Source: Bdellovibrionales bacterium | GTDB lineage: Bacteria > Bdellovibrionota > UBA1018 > CAIMNF01 | Reading direction: 5' to 3' | Assembly: GCA_040379745.1 (NCBI GenBank) | Contig: JBEIKL010000003.1 | Location: 1-43,909 of the forward strand | DNA: 43,909 bases | In this document: positions 29,163-37,878 of the stretch, one piece after another | Position numbering within the stretch: the first letter of the stretch is position 1 | Layout: each line of letters opens with the position of its first letter | The notes under the pieces: generated by a model | Told to the model about the DNA's origin: nothing | The model's database searches: none | Seen by the model: only the letters and a program-made list of their open reading frames with translations | Position numbers and translations under genes: made by a program

Positions 29163-32100
29163 TTATTGAAGCTGGATGGAAACCATTCTGGAAACACCTG
29201 GCTCCTCCATGGTCACGCCATAGAGAGTATCATTCAGCTCCATGGTCTTCTTGTTGTGGGTCACGAGAATGAACTGTGACTTCGCCGACATCTCACGAAC
29301 GAGTGCGTTGAACTTACCGATGTTGGAATCATCGAGTGGCGCATCGACCTCGTCGAGAATACAGAACGGAGATGGCTTCACCATGAAGATCGCGAAAATC
29401 ATCGACAGCGCCGTCAACGCTTTTTCCCCACCCGAAAGAAGAGTCATGTTCGAGATCTTCTTTCCAGGAGGTTGAGCAAGAATGTCGACACCGGCTTCGA
29501 GAATGTCAGTTGAACCTTCCGGATACACGAGAGTCAGGGATGCCTGACCGCCACCGAAGATGATCGGGAAGAGTTTTTCGAAGCGAGTGGAAATCGCCTC
29601 GAACGCCTTGTGGAAGCGTTCTTCCGAAGTCTTGTTGATGTGTTCAATCGCGTCGTTGAGATTCTGGATTGAAGTCTCGAGGTCGAGTTTTTCCTTGAAG
29701 AGATACTCGTGGCGCTTTTGCATATCTTCGTACTCTTCTACCGCCATGGTATTCACTTCACCCAAGCGACGGATACGGTCACGCAGTGATTCGACTTCTT
29801 CATGCAGGGCTTTTTCGTCCGCTTCGGACATTTCGATGGTCACGACCGGATCGGTCATCTCTTCCTGCATGTTGGTTCCGGAAGTCTGCTCAAGGCAACC
29901 CACACCGTACTTGTCTTCCATGTTCGCCTTCAAGTGATTGAGGTCACTCATTGCGCGCTCGAGGTCGATCGTGAACTGGTTCATCACCTGGTTCTTTTCC
30001 TCGTTCATCTTGTGCAACTCACGCATGCGTTCCATGTTGGTGCTGACCAGCGTGTTCGCCTGTTCGAGACGATCGCGGATCACGGAAAGCTCTTCGCGCT
30101 TGTCACCCAAATTGCGGGTGATGCGGGAGATCGCTTCTTCGTGCTCCATGTCCCCACCTGAGAATTGGGTGCGATCCTGGTCGAAGGTTTCGAGTAAGCG
30201 CTCGACTTCTCCGAAACGACGCTCACGGTCTTGCAAGTAGCGCTGTTCAGTTTCCAGTTCCTTAGCGAGTGAGTTCTTGCGTTCTTTCTCACCGGCTTCC
30301 TGGATCTTCAGGGTTTGGCATTCCGTTTCAGCATTGCGAAGGGATTCGTATTTGCCGGAGAGTTCCGCCTCGTGATTCTTGATCCATGAATCCAGCTCAT
30401 CGCGCTGAGTGGCGATTTCGATCAGGGATTGCTCCAGACCATCGATCTTGCCCATGGCTTCTTGAATCTGGATATTCAGTGTTTCGCGGTCGTCGTTGAA
30501 ACGGTTCAGACTGCGCTCGAACTCAACTGTTTTGCGCTCAATTTGAATGCGCTCTTTTTCCAGCGATCCGGTTTCGATTTCCAGATCGGACAACGCCGAT
30601 TGAATCGTCTTCACTTCGACCGACATGGTCTCGACCGATTCTGAAAGTTTCGCTACCAACGCTTCGGCATTCTGGTTTTCGATCTCAGCCGCTTCAACAT
30701 CGGTTTTCAGTTCGCCGATGATGCGTTTGCGTGCCAGGATCGAACTTGCCTGATCGCTTTCTGCGCTTCCACCAAAGAGCACACCCTGTTTTGCATCGAA
30801 CCAGATTCCGTTTTTGGTCACGAAACTGATGCCTTCGGACTGATAGGTCTTGATGTCGCCTTCGTTTGGAACTTCTTCCAACACTTCAACGGAAGACACC
30901 AGGCACTCGATCAGTTGATGAATGACTTTTGCACTTTCGGAGTTCTGATTCACCGGAGTGATGAACTTCACGAATTTGCGGAGCGGGTTGTAGTTGGCCA
31001 GCTCTTTCGCTTCCAGATACGGTACGGTGATCTGGATCGCCGCGCTTCCTTCCTGGTTTTCACGCAGGTAGTGAAGAGCTGCAAAAGCGGTTTCAGAATC
31101 CTGGGCATACAGACGTTCGAACGCGTGTCCCAACACCGCTTCGACGGCTTGGTCATAACCGGTCTCAACTTCGATGAAGTCTGAAAGCACGGAGAAATTC
31201 TTGCCCTGACCATTCGCCCAGTCGAGAACCTTTTTCGGTCCGTTCGCCATGCCTTCACGTGATTTCTCGAGATCTTCGAGGGACTTCAGGCGGGAACTCA
31301 GGGATGCGAGTTTCTTCATCACCTGGTCACGGTTCTGGCGAGCGGTTTTGAACTCGTCTTCCGTGTTCTTCAGCTGATCCTTGATCTCGACGAGCTTCAC
31401 GCGCATTTCATCGCGGCTTGCGGTTTTCTCTTCGAGTTTAGCGATCAATTCCGCTTTTTCAGCGATCACGGATTCGGATTGCGTCTTCAACTCTTCTTCT
31501 TGCTCGACCAAGCGGGCGATTTGCTGCTCGGTTCCCTGGATTCGCTCTTTCAATGCGGCGATCTGGGAATAGCTGGAAGAGGAAGACTGGGTGAGCTCGA
31601 CGAACTGACGGCGTTTCGCCTCGGCTTCACGCTTGTCGGTGTCGTGCGCATCCCGCAATTCGACCACTTGTTGATTGAGTTCTTCGGCGCGGGCGGAAAG
31701 CACTGCAACTTTTTCATCCAGGCTTTCGAAATCCTCACGCTTCACGGCGATCGATTCGCGATAGAGGGAAAGCTCTTCCTCGATTTGTTCTTTCTCGGTA
31801 TTGAGCTGAACGAGTTGGCGATTCAAGTCTTCCTGGCGCTGGCGAGAAAGATTGAGTGCACTCTGATGGTGATTCAAATCAGCGGCGTAAGTTTCAACTT
31901 CGGATTGAACCTGTTCCTGAATTTTGGAATCGGTGAGCTGAACTACGCGCTGGGATTCCAGGTCGATTTCACAACTGGAAAGTTCGGCCTTGAGACCGGT
32001 CAGCAAGTGATCGAGGGCCTGACGGTCGTCGATGACTTTTGTGATCTGGCGTTGGAGAACCGCATATTTGCGACGTCCCCAAGTGGTTTCCTTTTCAAGG

Positions 32101-32807
32101 AGTTCCGTTCGGTATTCCTTGTATTTGCGGGCTTTCTGGGCCTGACGCTCGAGTGATGCGAGAGAACGGTCGATTTCCGCCAACACATCGTTCAAACGAA
32201 GAAGGTTCGCGTGCGCGCCTTCGAGTTTTTTGAGGGATTCTTTTTTGCGTTGTTTGTATTTTGCAATGCCGGCCGCATCTTCAATGAGAAGACGACGTTC
32301 TTCGGGCTTGGAGTTGACGACCTTGCCGATCTGCCCCTGTTCGATGACCGAGTAACCTTTCGCACCGACACCGGTGTCGAGGAAGAATTCCTGAATGTCT
32401 TTCAAGCGGGCTTGAACGCCGTTGATATAGTACTCCCCTTCACCGGTGGCACGGTACACGCGACGGGTGACGGAAATTTCTTTCCTCGTGATGGGGAGTT
32501 TTTCTTCGGTGGTCGCGCCCTCGCCGATCTTGTCGGTGTCGACCACATCCTGCTCCAAGACCAAAGTGGCTTCAGCCATTCCGAGTGGAGAATACTTGCT
32601 ACTTCCCTTGAAGATGATGTCGTCAGAACCACTGGAGCGGATGTGCTTATAGGACTGCTCACCCATGACCCAGAAAAAGGCATCGACGATGTTCGACTTA
32701 CCAGAACCGTTTGGTCCAACAATACCCGTAATGGGGCGGTCGAAGTAGATGACGGTTTTATCTTTGAAAGACTTAAAGCCTTGAATTTCTAGGCGTTTGA
32801 TACGCAT
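29163..32807 (-). CDS. smc: Chromosome partition protein SMC
   Basis: GFKSF, GPNGSGKSN, long coiled coils with hinge, LSGGEKAL, LDEVDAPLD. Confidence 0.97.
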   Translation of the reverse strand: MRIKRLEIQGFKSFKDKTVIYFDRPITGIVGPNGSGKSNIVDAFFWVMGEQSYKHIRSSGSDDIIFKGSSKYSPLGMAEATLVLEQDVVDTDKIGEGATTEEKLPITRKEISVTRRVYRATGEGEYYINGVQARLKDIQEFFLDTGVGAKGYSVIEQGQIGKVVNSKPEERRLLIEDAAGIAKYKQRKKESLKKLEGAHANLLRLNDVLAEIDRSLASLERQAQKARKYKEYRTELLEKETTWGRRKYAVLQRQITKVIDDRQALDHLLTGLKAELSSCEIDLESQRVVQLTDSKIQEQVQSEVETYAADLNHHQSALNLSRQRQEDLNRQLVQLNTEKEQIEEELSLYRESIAVKREDFESLDEKVAVLSARAEELNQQVVELRDAHDTDKREAEAKRRQFVELTQSSSSSYSQIAALKERIQGTEQQIARLVEQEEELKTQSESVIAEKAELIAKLEEKTASRDEMRVKLVEIKDQLKNTEDEFKTARQNRDQVMKKLASLSSRLKSLEDLEKSREGMANGPKKVLDWANGQGKNFSVLSDFIEVETGYDQAVEAVLGHAFERLYAQDSETAFAALHYLRENQEGSAAIQITVPYLEAKELANYNPLRKFVKFITPVNQNSESAKVIHQLIECLVSSVEVLEEVPNEGDIKTYQSEGISFVTKNGIWFDAKQGVLFGGSAESDQASSILARKRIIGELKTDVEAAEIENQNAEALVAKLSESVETMSVEVKTIQSALSDLEIETGSLEKERIQIERKTVEFERSLNRFNDDRETLNIQIQEAMGKIDGLEQSLIEIATQRDELDSWIKNHEAELSGKYESLRNAETECQTLKIQEAGEKERKNSLAKELETEQRYLQDRERRFGEVERLLETFDQDRTQFSGGDMEHEEAISRITRNLGDKREELSVIRDRLEQANTLVSTNMERMRELHKMNEEKNQVMNQFTIDLERAMSDLNHLKANMEDKYGVGCLEQTSGTNMQEEMTDPVVTIEMSEADEKALHEEVESLRDRIRRLGEVNTMAVEEYEDMQKRHEYLFKEKLDLETSIQNLNDAIEHINKTSEERFHKAFEAISTRFEKLFPIIFGGGQASLTLVYPEGSTDILEAGVDILAQPPGKKISNMTLLSGGEKALTALSMIFAIFMVKPSPFCILDEVDAPLDDSNIGKFNALVREMSAKSQFILVTHNKKTMELNDTLYGVTMEEPGVSRMVSIQLQ

Positions 32808-32876
32808 GGTGTAATCCCCCGATCACAAAAACAAGATGAGTAAATAATTTGACACTGCAGGGGCTTGATTACAAAT

Positions 32877-32907
32877 AAAAAAAGGGCCTGGATTTGGATC
32901 CAGGCCC
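32877..32907 (-). terminator. Intrinsic terminator upstream of smc
   Basis: Minus strand GGGCCTGGAT-CCAA-ATCCAGGCCC-TTTTTTT. Confidence 0.85.
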
Positions 32908-32960
32908 ACGATGTCTTTACGACTTCTGTTAGGGGGTTGGGGGTTCAGATCGTCGCCGAT
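32877..32960 (-). ncRNA. Candidate C-rich-loop small RNA or 3'-UTR element (5' end unknown)
   Basis: Stem ACGA-UCUG/CAGA-(AG)-UCGU with loop AACCCCCAACCCCCUAA, followed by terminator. Confidence 0.5.
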
Positions 32961-33111
32961 ATGTATATATTTTTTGGCTCCCTGCCCATTAGCAATCCCG
33001 CTGATATATTTACTATTTATTTTTTTCGAGCCCCGACTGGACAACCTGGCCAGGTTCGCCATCGTGGTTCATAGGTTTCACCGATATCCCGTGAGTTCTC
33101 CTATGCTTACC

Positions 33112-33195
33112 CTAGCGTGGGGGCCCCGCGTTGTGGACTTGGTGCTTTTCGTCTTTTGCGTTCTGAGACAGCTCACGTACTGCTTGTTCTCTCAT
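33112..33195 (-). CDS. Candidate 27-aa small protein MREQAVRELSQNAKDEKHQVHNAGPPR
   Basis: AGGAGG RBS just before ATG; TTGACC-N17-TAACCT promoter-like sequence upstream. Confidence 0.4.
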   Translation of the reverse strand: MREQAVRELSQNAKDEKHQVHNAGPPR

Positions 33196-33296
33196 ACGTC
33201 CTCCTGAATTTAGGTTACTATACCTGATTGTTAAGGTCAACTAATAATTTAAAGAAATCTGTTTATTTTTTTAGCCAATAATTACAGTATTTTGTC

Positions 33297-34016
33297 ATGC
33301 CGAGCCTGAGTATCGTCATCCCAGCCTACAATGAAGAGTCGCGGCTACCGCGCACCTTCGACCTCCTTAAGCAAGGGATGGAGGCAGGTGTATTCGCCGA
33401 GTTCGATCTCGCCGAAGTCCTGATCGTCGATGATGGTTCGCGAGATCACACCCAAGCGGTTTGCGAACAGCACCGCGCCATTCTTCCACAATTAAAATGT
33501 ATTCCAGTCAGTCCGAATCAAGGCAAGGGTAACGCCATCCATGTGGGCATAAAGGCATCGGTTGGCGAGTGGATCCTGATTGCCGATGCGGATACAGCCA
33601 CCCCTTGGGATCAGTTCTTGAAACTTTCGAAACAGGCGATTCAGAATCAAAGTGCGATTGCGATCGGTTCGCGTGATTTGCCCGAAAGTGACGTCCGCAC
33701 CAAACAATCCTGGATTCGGGAACACATGGGAAAAACCTTCAACGCCATCGTACGGTTGATCACCGGCCTGCCCTTTCACGATACCCAATGCGGCTTCAAG
33801 CTGATCGAAAAAAACAAGGTCGCATCCTTCCTGAGCCTTCTGATCGTGAAGCGCTTCGCTTGGGATGTCGAGTTCCTGATGTTCGCCCGTAAAAACAATC
33901 TCAAGATCACCGAAGTTCCCGTCACGTGGGAACATCAGGAAGCGAGCAGAGTCCATCCGATCAAGGATGCGTTTGAAATGCTCTGTCGGGTCATTGAAAT
34001 GAGAATCCGGATTTGA
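33297..34016 (+). CDS. GT2 polyprenol-phosphate glycosyltransferase (DPM/Alg5-like)
   Basis: SIVIPAYNE, VDDGSRD, N.GKG.A, DAD, IGSR, DTQCGFK, WDVE. Confidence 0.9.
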   Translation: MPSLSIVIPAYNEESRLPRTFDLLKQGMEAGVFAEFDLAEVLIVDDGSRDHTQAVCEQHRAILPQLKCIPVSPNQGKGNAIHVGIKASVGEWILIADADTATPWDQFLKLSKQAIQNQSAIAIGSRDLPESDVRTKQSWIREHMGKTFNAIVRLITGLPFHDTQCGFKLIEKNKVASFLSLLIVKRFAWDVEFLMFARKNNLKITEVPVTWEHQEASRVHPIKDAFEMLCRVIEMRIRI

Positions 34017-35569
34017 ACCGTTCCAAAGTTTTCACGTATCTCGCCTTGATCCTGGTCTTCTCTCTTTGGATCTACTCCCTTTTCCAGGTTCCCACTTTTG
34101 ATCTCGATGAATCGCTCTATCGCCGTGTTGCCGAGGAAATGAAATGGAATGGCGATTACTGGCATGCCGTCTGGGACGAACGCTCCCTTCACCACAAACC
34201 ACCGTTTTTTTACTGGTTGATCGTGATTTTCAGCCGCATTTTCGACGGTGCCGAAGCGGGAGTTTCCATTCTTTCCGCTCGATTTCCGAGTTTTCTTGCC
34301 ACACTGGGAATCCTTTGGTCCCTTTCGCGATTCGCCCCACTCAAAGAGACGATACTGGCATGGGCTTGCCTGTTGTTTCCATTGCTGACTTCGACAGCGG
34401 TCCTGTTCGATCCGATCCAGACTCTTTTGCTGATGCCGACCCTTCTGATTCCCCATCGCGCATTTTCAGAGGGAAGAATGATCTTGAAAAAAGAATACCA
34501 CTGGATGGCGATCAGCCTGTTCGGCGCCACCCTGTTCAAAGGGTTGAACGGACTCATCTTGCCCACTCTGGCGATCGCGCTGCACACACTCGCGTTCCAA
34601 TGGAAAAATGTTTTTCGGGCAGGCTTGCTCTATCTGAACCATGTATTCTTGCCGGCCCTGACACTGTGTTCGTTGGGCTTTTGGTTCCTCGATTGGAACA
34701 TCGGTCGACCATTCACGCAGGAATTTTTTCTGGTGCATCACTTCGGCCGCGGAACGCAGGCCATGGAATCGCACGGTGGCCCCTGGTTCTATCACCTGAT
34801 CACGACCCTCATCGGAGGTGGCTTGCTGATTCCACTTGTTGCGCACCACTGGCTTCGCACCCGTCCGAGTCTTCGCCGTCTCGGATACCCGCTGACTTTC
34901 GCAGTGGCCATCATTGTTTTCTTCAGTCTTTCGGCAACCAAACTGCCGCACTATACTTGGCCGATCTGGCCTGCCCTGGTTTTATTTTATTTGGAAATCC
35001 GCAAACTGCCGACCGTTACGATGGGTGTGAAATGGGTGGAAGCCTGGAAATTCCTGTTGATTCCGACGCTTGCTCTCGGCATTGCACTTTTCTGGCTGGT
35101 GCTCAACCCCGAAGCGATTCCGCAAACGGAACTCACTGACATCGAAGTGCTTCTTCTCAGTGCGGCCGCAACCTTCTGCTCGGTGGTGCCCTTTGTGTTT
35201 CAACGGTTTTTGAAACAGCCCGAGTATCTTGCCTTTTTCAATGCGATGATCACCCTGCTCATCGCGGTTCCCGCATCTTCAATCGCCGAGCGTATTTGGG
35301 TTGAACCCTACCGTGAAGCCGTCCGTGAATTGAAAAAACAAAATCCGCAACCGGGGGTCTGCCTCTGGGATACCGGGCCGATGACCGCTACGCTCAGTCT
35401 GGTCATGGGGCAGGAGTTGGGTCGAGGCTACACTCACAATCGGTGCGAACCCACCGGGATGCGCTTCCTGATCAGCCCGAAAGCGCGGGATGAGGAATGC
35501 GCCGAAAGAAAAATGAGCGTTCTCCACCGGGGGAAAACGCTCACTCTTTGCGGTTATATTGTGAATTGA
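34013..35569 (+). CDS. ArnT-like GT-C membrane glycosyltransferase
   Basis: DE.LY, KPP..YW, KG, H.GPW.Y, TKLPHY; overlaps GT2 gene end. Confidence 0.85.
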   Translation: MNRSKVFTYLALILVFSLWIYSLFQVPTFDLDESLYRRVAEEMKWNGDYWHAVWDERSLHHKPPFFYWLIVIFSRIFDGAEAGVSILSARFPSFLATLGILWSLSRFAPLKETILAWACLLFPLLTSTAVLFDPIQTLLLMPTLLIPHRAFSEGRMILKKEYHWMAISLFGATLFKGLNGLILPTLAIALHTLAFQWKNVFRAGLLYLNHVFLPALTLCSLGFWFLDWNIGRPFTQEFFLVHHFGRGTQAMESHGGPWFYHLITTLIGGGLLIPLVAHHWLRTRPSLRRLGYPLTFAVAIIVFFSLSATKLPHYTWPIWPALVLFYLEIRKLPTVTMGVKWVEAWKFLLIPTLALGIALFWLVLNPEAIPQTELTDIEVLLLSAAATFCSVVPFVFQRFLKQPEYLAFFNAMITLLIAVPASSIAERIWVEPYREAVRELKKQNPQPGVCLWDTGPMTATLSLVMGQELGRGYTHNRCEPTGMRFLISPKARDEECAERKMSVLHRGKTLTLCGYIVN

Positions 35570-35573
35570 AGGA

Positions 35574-35774
35574 TTAAGCGAAATCGCGATCCATCACGGT
35601 CTTGCGGCCGTCACGTTTTGCGTTCTCGATCGCCTGATCACACATTTCACGGATCTTGTCGGAAAGAACATCGGTTACCGCAGCAGAAGTGTTCATGTCT
35701 GCCTTGGAGCGGATGTAGCCTTTCAATTTGGATGCGACCACCAAAACTTCTTTATCTGTATTTGTATCTGACAT
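35574..35774 (-). CDS. Bacterial histone-fold protein (Bd0055/HBb-like), 66 aa
   Basis: EVLVVASKLKGYI..MNTS..V.DVLS..I...C..A...AK.DGRKTVM.RD matches the Bdellovibrio histone pattern; AAAGGAG RBS before ATG 35774. Confidence 0.9.
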   Translation of the reverse strand: MSDTNTDKEVLVVASKLKGYIRSKADMNTSAAVTDVLSDKIREMCDQAIENAKRDGRKTVMDRDFA

Positions 35775-35889
35775 AACTGGCTCCTTTGATTGGGTTGTTG
35801 AAAACCAAAATTGTTCTGGACCTGCATTTAGCGGTTCAAGATGAGAGCCTAGCTTCAAGGATTGGGGCGACGGTTTCAACCAAAAAAAC

Positions 35890-35974
35890 AAAAAAAATGG
35901 GCCCGAATCAAGGGGGGTTGATCCGAGCCCGAAAAACATGCCTTTGGGGGTTAGGGGGGGTCGGCACGCTCACC
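35890..35974 (-). ncRNA. Candidate sigma54-dependent small RNA, about 85 nt, two C-rich loops
   Basis: Hairpin GCGUGCC/GGCAUGU with loop GACCCCCCCUAACCCCCAAA; terminator GGGCUCGGAUCAA-CCCCCC-UUGAUUCGGGCCC-AU8; -24/-12 promoter directly upstream. Confidence 0.7.
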
Positions 35975-35982
35975 ATTTATGA

Positions 35983-35999
35983 TGCAATGCGCATGCCAA
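35983..35999 (-). promoter_or_regulatory. Sigma54 (-24/-12) promoter
   Basis: TTGGCATGCGCATTGCA, near-consensus TGGCAC-N5-TTGC. Confidence 0.8.
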
Positions 36000-36058
36000 C
36001 AACCTATTTACTTGTAATTACTTAATTTGTACGTGATTCGGACGCTATGCGTCATATA

Positions 36059-36081
36059 TTTTATACATATTATGTATAAAA
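36059..36081. promoter_or_regulatory. Perfect inverted repeat, candidate enhancer-binding-protein site
   Basis: TTTTATACATA-T-TATGTATAAAA about 85-110 bp upstream of predicted sigma54 start. Confidence 0.5.
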
Positions 36082-36084
36082 GTT

Positions 36085-37785
36085 TTACATACCCGATGCA
36101 GCTTGGACATAGGCCAGGTGAAGTGGAGCAACTCGAACCTGATTTCTCCCGCCTCGCTTACTTTCATAGAGAGCTTCGTCTGCCCGATTGAACAAGGATC
36201 GAGCGTCCCGGGAATGAATTCCGCATTCGGAAATCCCGATCGAAAGAGTGACCTTCAAATTCCGACCTTCGTACTCGAATTCATGGCCTTCGACCTTCTG
36301 TCGGAACTCTTCAAGCTTCTGAAAGGCTTCGTTTGATCCCAAACCGGAAAAGATCACACAGAACTCTTCGCCGCCATAGCGATAAATGTGCTCGCCCATT
36401 TCACACCGAATGGACTCAAACAGATGAGCAACCCCTTTCAAGATGGCATCACCGGCACGATGGCCGTAACGATCATTGAACTGTTTGAAGTGATCGATAT
36501 CGAGAAGTGCCAACGTCAGAGGACGGGACTCCACCAACGAAGCCGTAACGAGCTCATGAAAGGTGTCTTCGAAATACCGTGAATTGTACAAACCGGTCAA
36601 ACGGTCCGTGATCGAAGCGGAATAAAGACGCGATTTGTGCAGGCTTGCTGCTGACTGATCCGCGATTCCCTGCAAGAGCTTCACTTCCTCTCGCGAGAAG
36701 CGACCGAAGCGATCCTGAACGGCGGTGCCATCGGATTCCACGTGCACCTTGTTCGAAAAGTTCATCACGCCTTCCAAGACTCCGGCATTCAAAACCGGAA
36801 CAGAACAGATACAAAGGATCTCATCACCATCGACCGGAAGGATTTCTTCCGGATTGTTCTGGACCACAGCCTTTCGTTCCAGTGCCGCCCTTCCTGCGGC
36901 ACCTTCTCCGATTTCAAATTGTTTCACCCGAGCAGGATCCTCATGCACATGCCCCCAGGACATGACCACCTGGAGTTGTCCCGTCGCCCGATTCAGCATC
37001 ATCAGGTTTCCCTTCTGGGCACTCACGGCGCGAACCGCATTTTCGATCATTTTTACACAAAAGGTGTCGAAATCATGGATATCCGAAAGAGTTTGATTGA
37101 ATTCATAAAGAGTACGGATATTTTCCAGTGCAAAGCGGTTCCGTTCCGAACGGATCGCGGAATCGATGATCACGGCGGCCATGGAAGATAACTCCTGTAT
37201 GAAGAAATGTTCCGACTCCTCAATCGAAGTTCCGTCACGTTTTTCCCCCAGTGCGAGAATGCCGATCACCTCGCCCGAGCGAATCAAGGGGCACCACACA
37301 TCGGATTTCAATGCAGAAAGACGATTACGTTCCCAAGCGGTCTTGAATCGGGGTTCCTTTTTCAGGTTTCTCACTGGAATGACCCCACCCTGACTTACAA
37401 TTTGCCAAAGAAGTCCGTGATCACGCTCAAAACGGAACAGGGCGAGTGGTTCTCGCAAACCACGCGCATTGAGGTAGTAATCCTCGAGCCCGTGATGGCG
37501 ACGCAATTGGAAGAAACACCGTTCGCCGGTTTCGACTTCCTCTTTCAACAGAACGGAAGTGTGGGTGAGATCGAATCGTTCACGCACGATCGCCATGAAT
37601 GAGTCCAGCAACAGGGAAAGATCGGAAATCGTTCCCAAGCTCTTGCACGACCGGATCACGTCCTGCAATTCAAGCATGCGACTGTCCTGTGAAATCAGTT
37701 TTGATTTCAACGATTCGATCTGATGATCCTGTGATTCCGGCGATCTCATATTGGTTTCCGTATGAAGTGCAATCTGAGGCATCAT
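36085..37785 (-). CDS. GAF-GAF-GGDEF diguanylate cyclase
   Basis: Two GAF-like domains, TDRLTGLYN, DIDHFK.FND.YGH.AGD, RYGGEEF, TLSIG, AD.ALY..K..GRN. Confidence 0.92.
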   Translation of the reverse strand: MMPQIALHTETNMRSPESQDHQIESLKSKLISQDSRMLELQDVIRSCKSLGTISDLSLLLDSFMAIVRERFDLTHTSVLLKEEVETGERCFFQLRRHHGLEDYYLNARGLREPLALFRFERDHGLLWQIVSQGGVIPVRNLKKEPRFKTAWERNRLSALKSDVWCPLIRSGEVIGILALGEKRDGTSIEESEHFFIQELSSMAAVIIDSAIRSERNRFALENIRTLYEFNQTLSDIHDFDTFCVKMIENAVRAVSAQKGNLMMLNRATGQLQVVMSWGHVHEDPARVKQFEIGEGAAGRAALERKAVVQNNPEEILPVDGDEILCICSVPVLNAGVLEGVMNFSNKVHVESDGTAVQDRFGRFSREEVKLLQGIADQSAASLHKSRLYSASITDRLTGLYNSRYFEDTFHELVTASLVESRPLTLALLDIDHFKQFNDRYGHRAGDAILKGVAHLFESIRCEMGEHIYRYGGEEFCVIFSGLGSNEAFQKLEEFRQKVEGHEFEYEGRNLKVTLSIGISECGIHSRDARSLFNRADEALYESKRGGRNQVRVAPLHLAYVQAASGM

Positions 37786-37843
37786 TCCCGATCATGCAAG
37801 TCATTTGCGAATTCAACTTACATGGTTTATATTTAAAAAATAA

Positions 37844-37872
37844 TTGATCGACTGACTCGGTCTTGCTATAAC
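37844..37872 (+). promoter_or_regulatory. Sigma70 promoter, leaderless start of nucleotidase gene
   Basis: TTGATC-N17-TATAAC with TG extension, 6 nt before ATG 37879, no SD. Confidence 0.6.
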
Positions 37873-37878
37873 CCCACC

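Noticed and set aside
33915-33934. parS-like CACGTG...AACA sequence near smc
   Set aside because: Poor match to TGTTNCACGTGAAACA and inside a CDS
35775-35939. 55-aa N-terminal extension of the histone ORF
   Set aside because: Runs through a terminator hairpin; strong RBS marks ATG 35774 as the start
35912-35960. Plus-strand G-tracts (TTAGGG-like) as G-quadruplex or telomere-like repeat
   Set aside because: Promoter, G-U pairs and U-tail all point to the C-rich minus strand as functional; G4 formation is possible but unsupported
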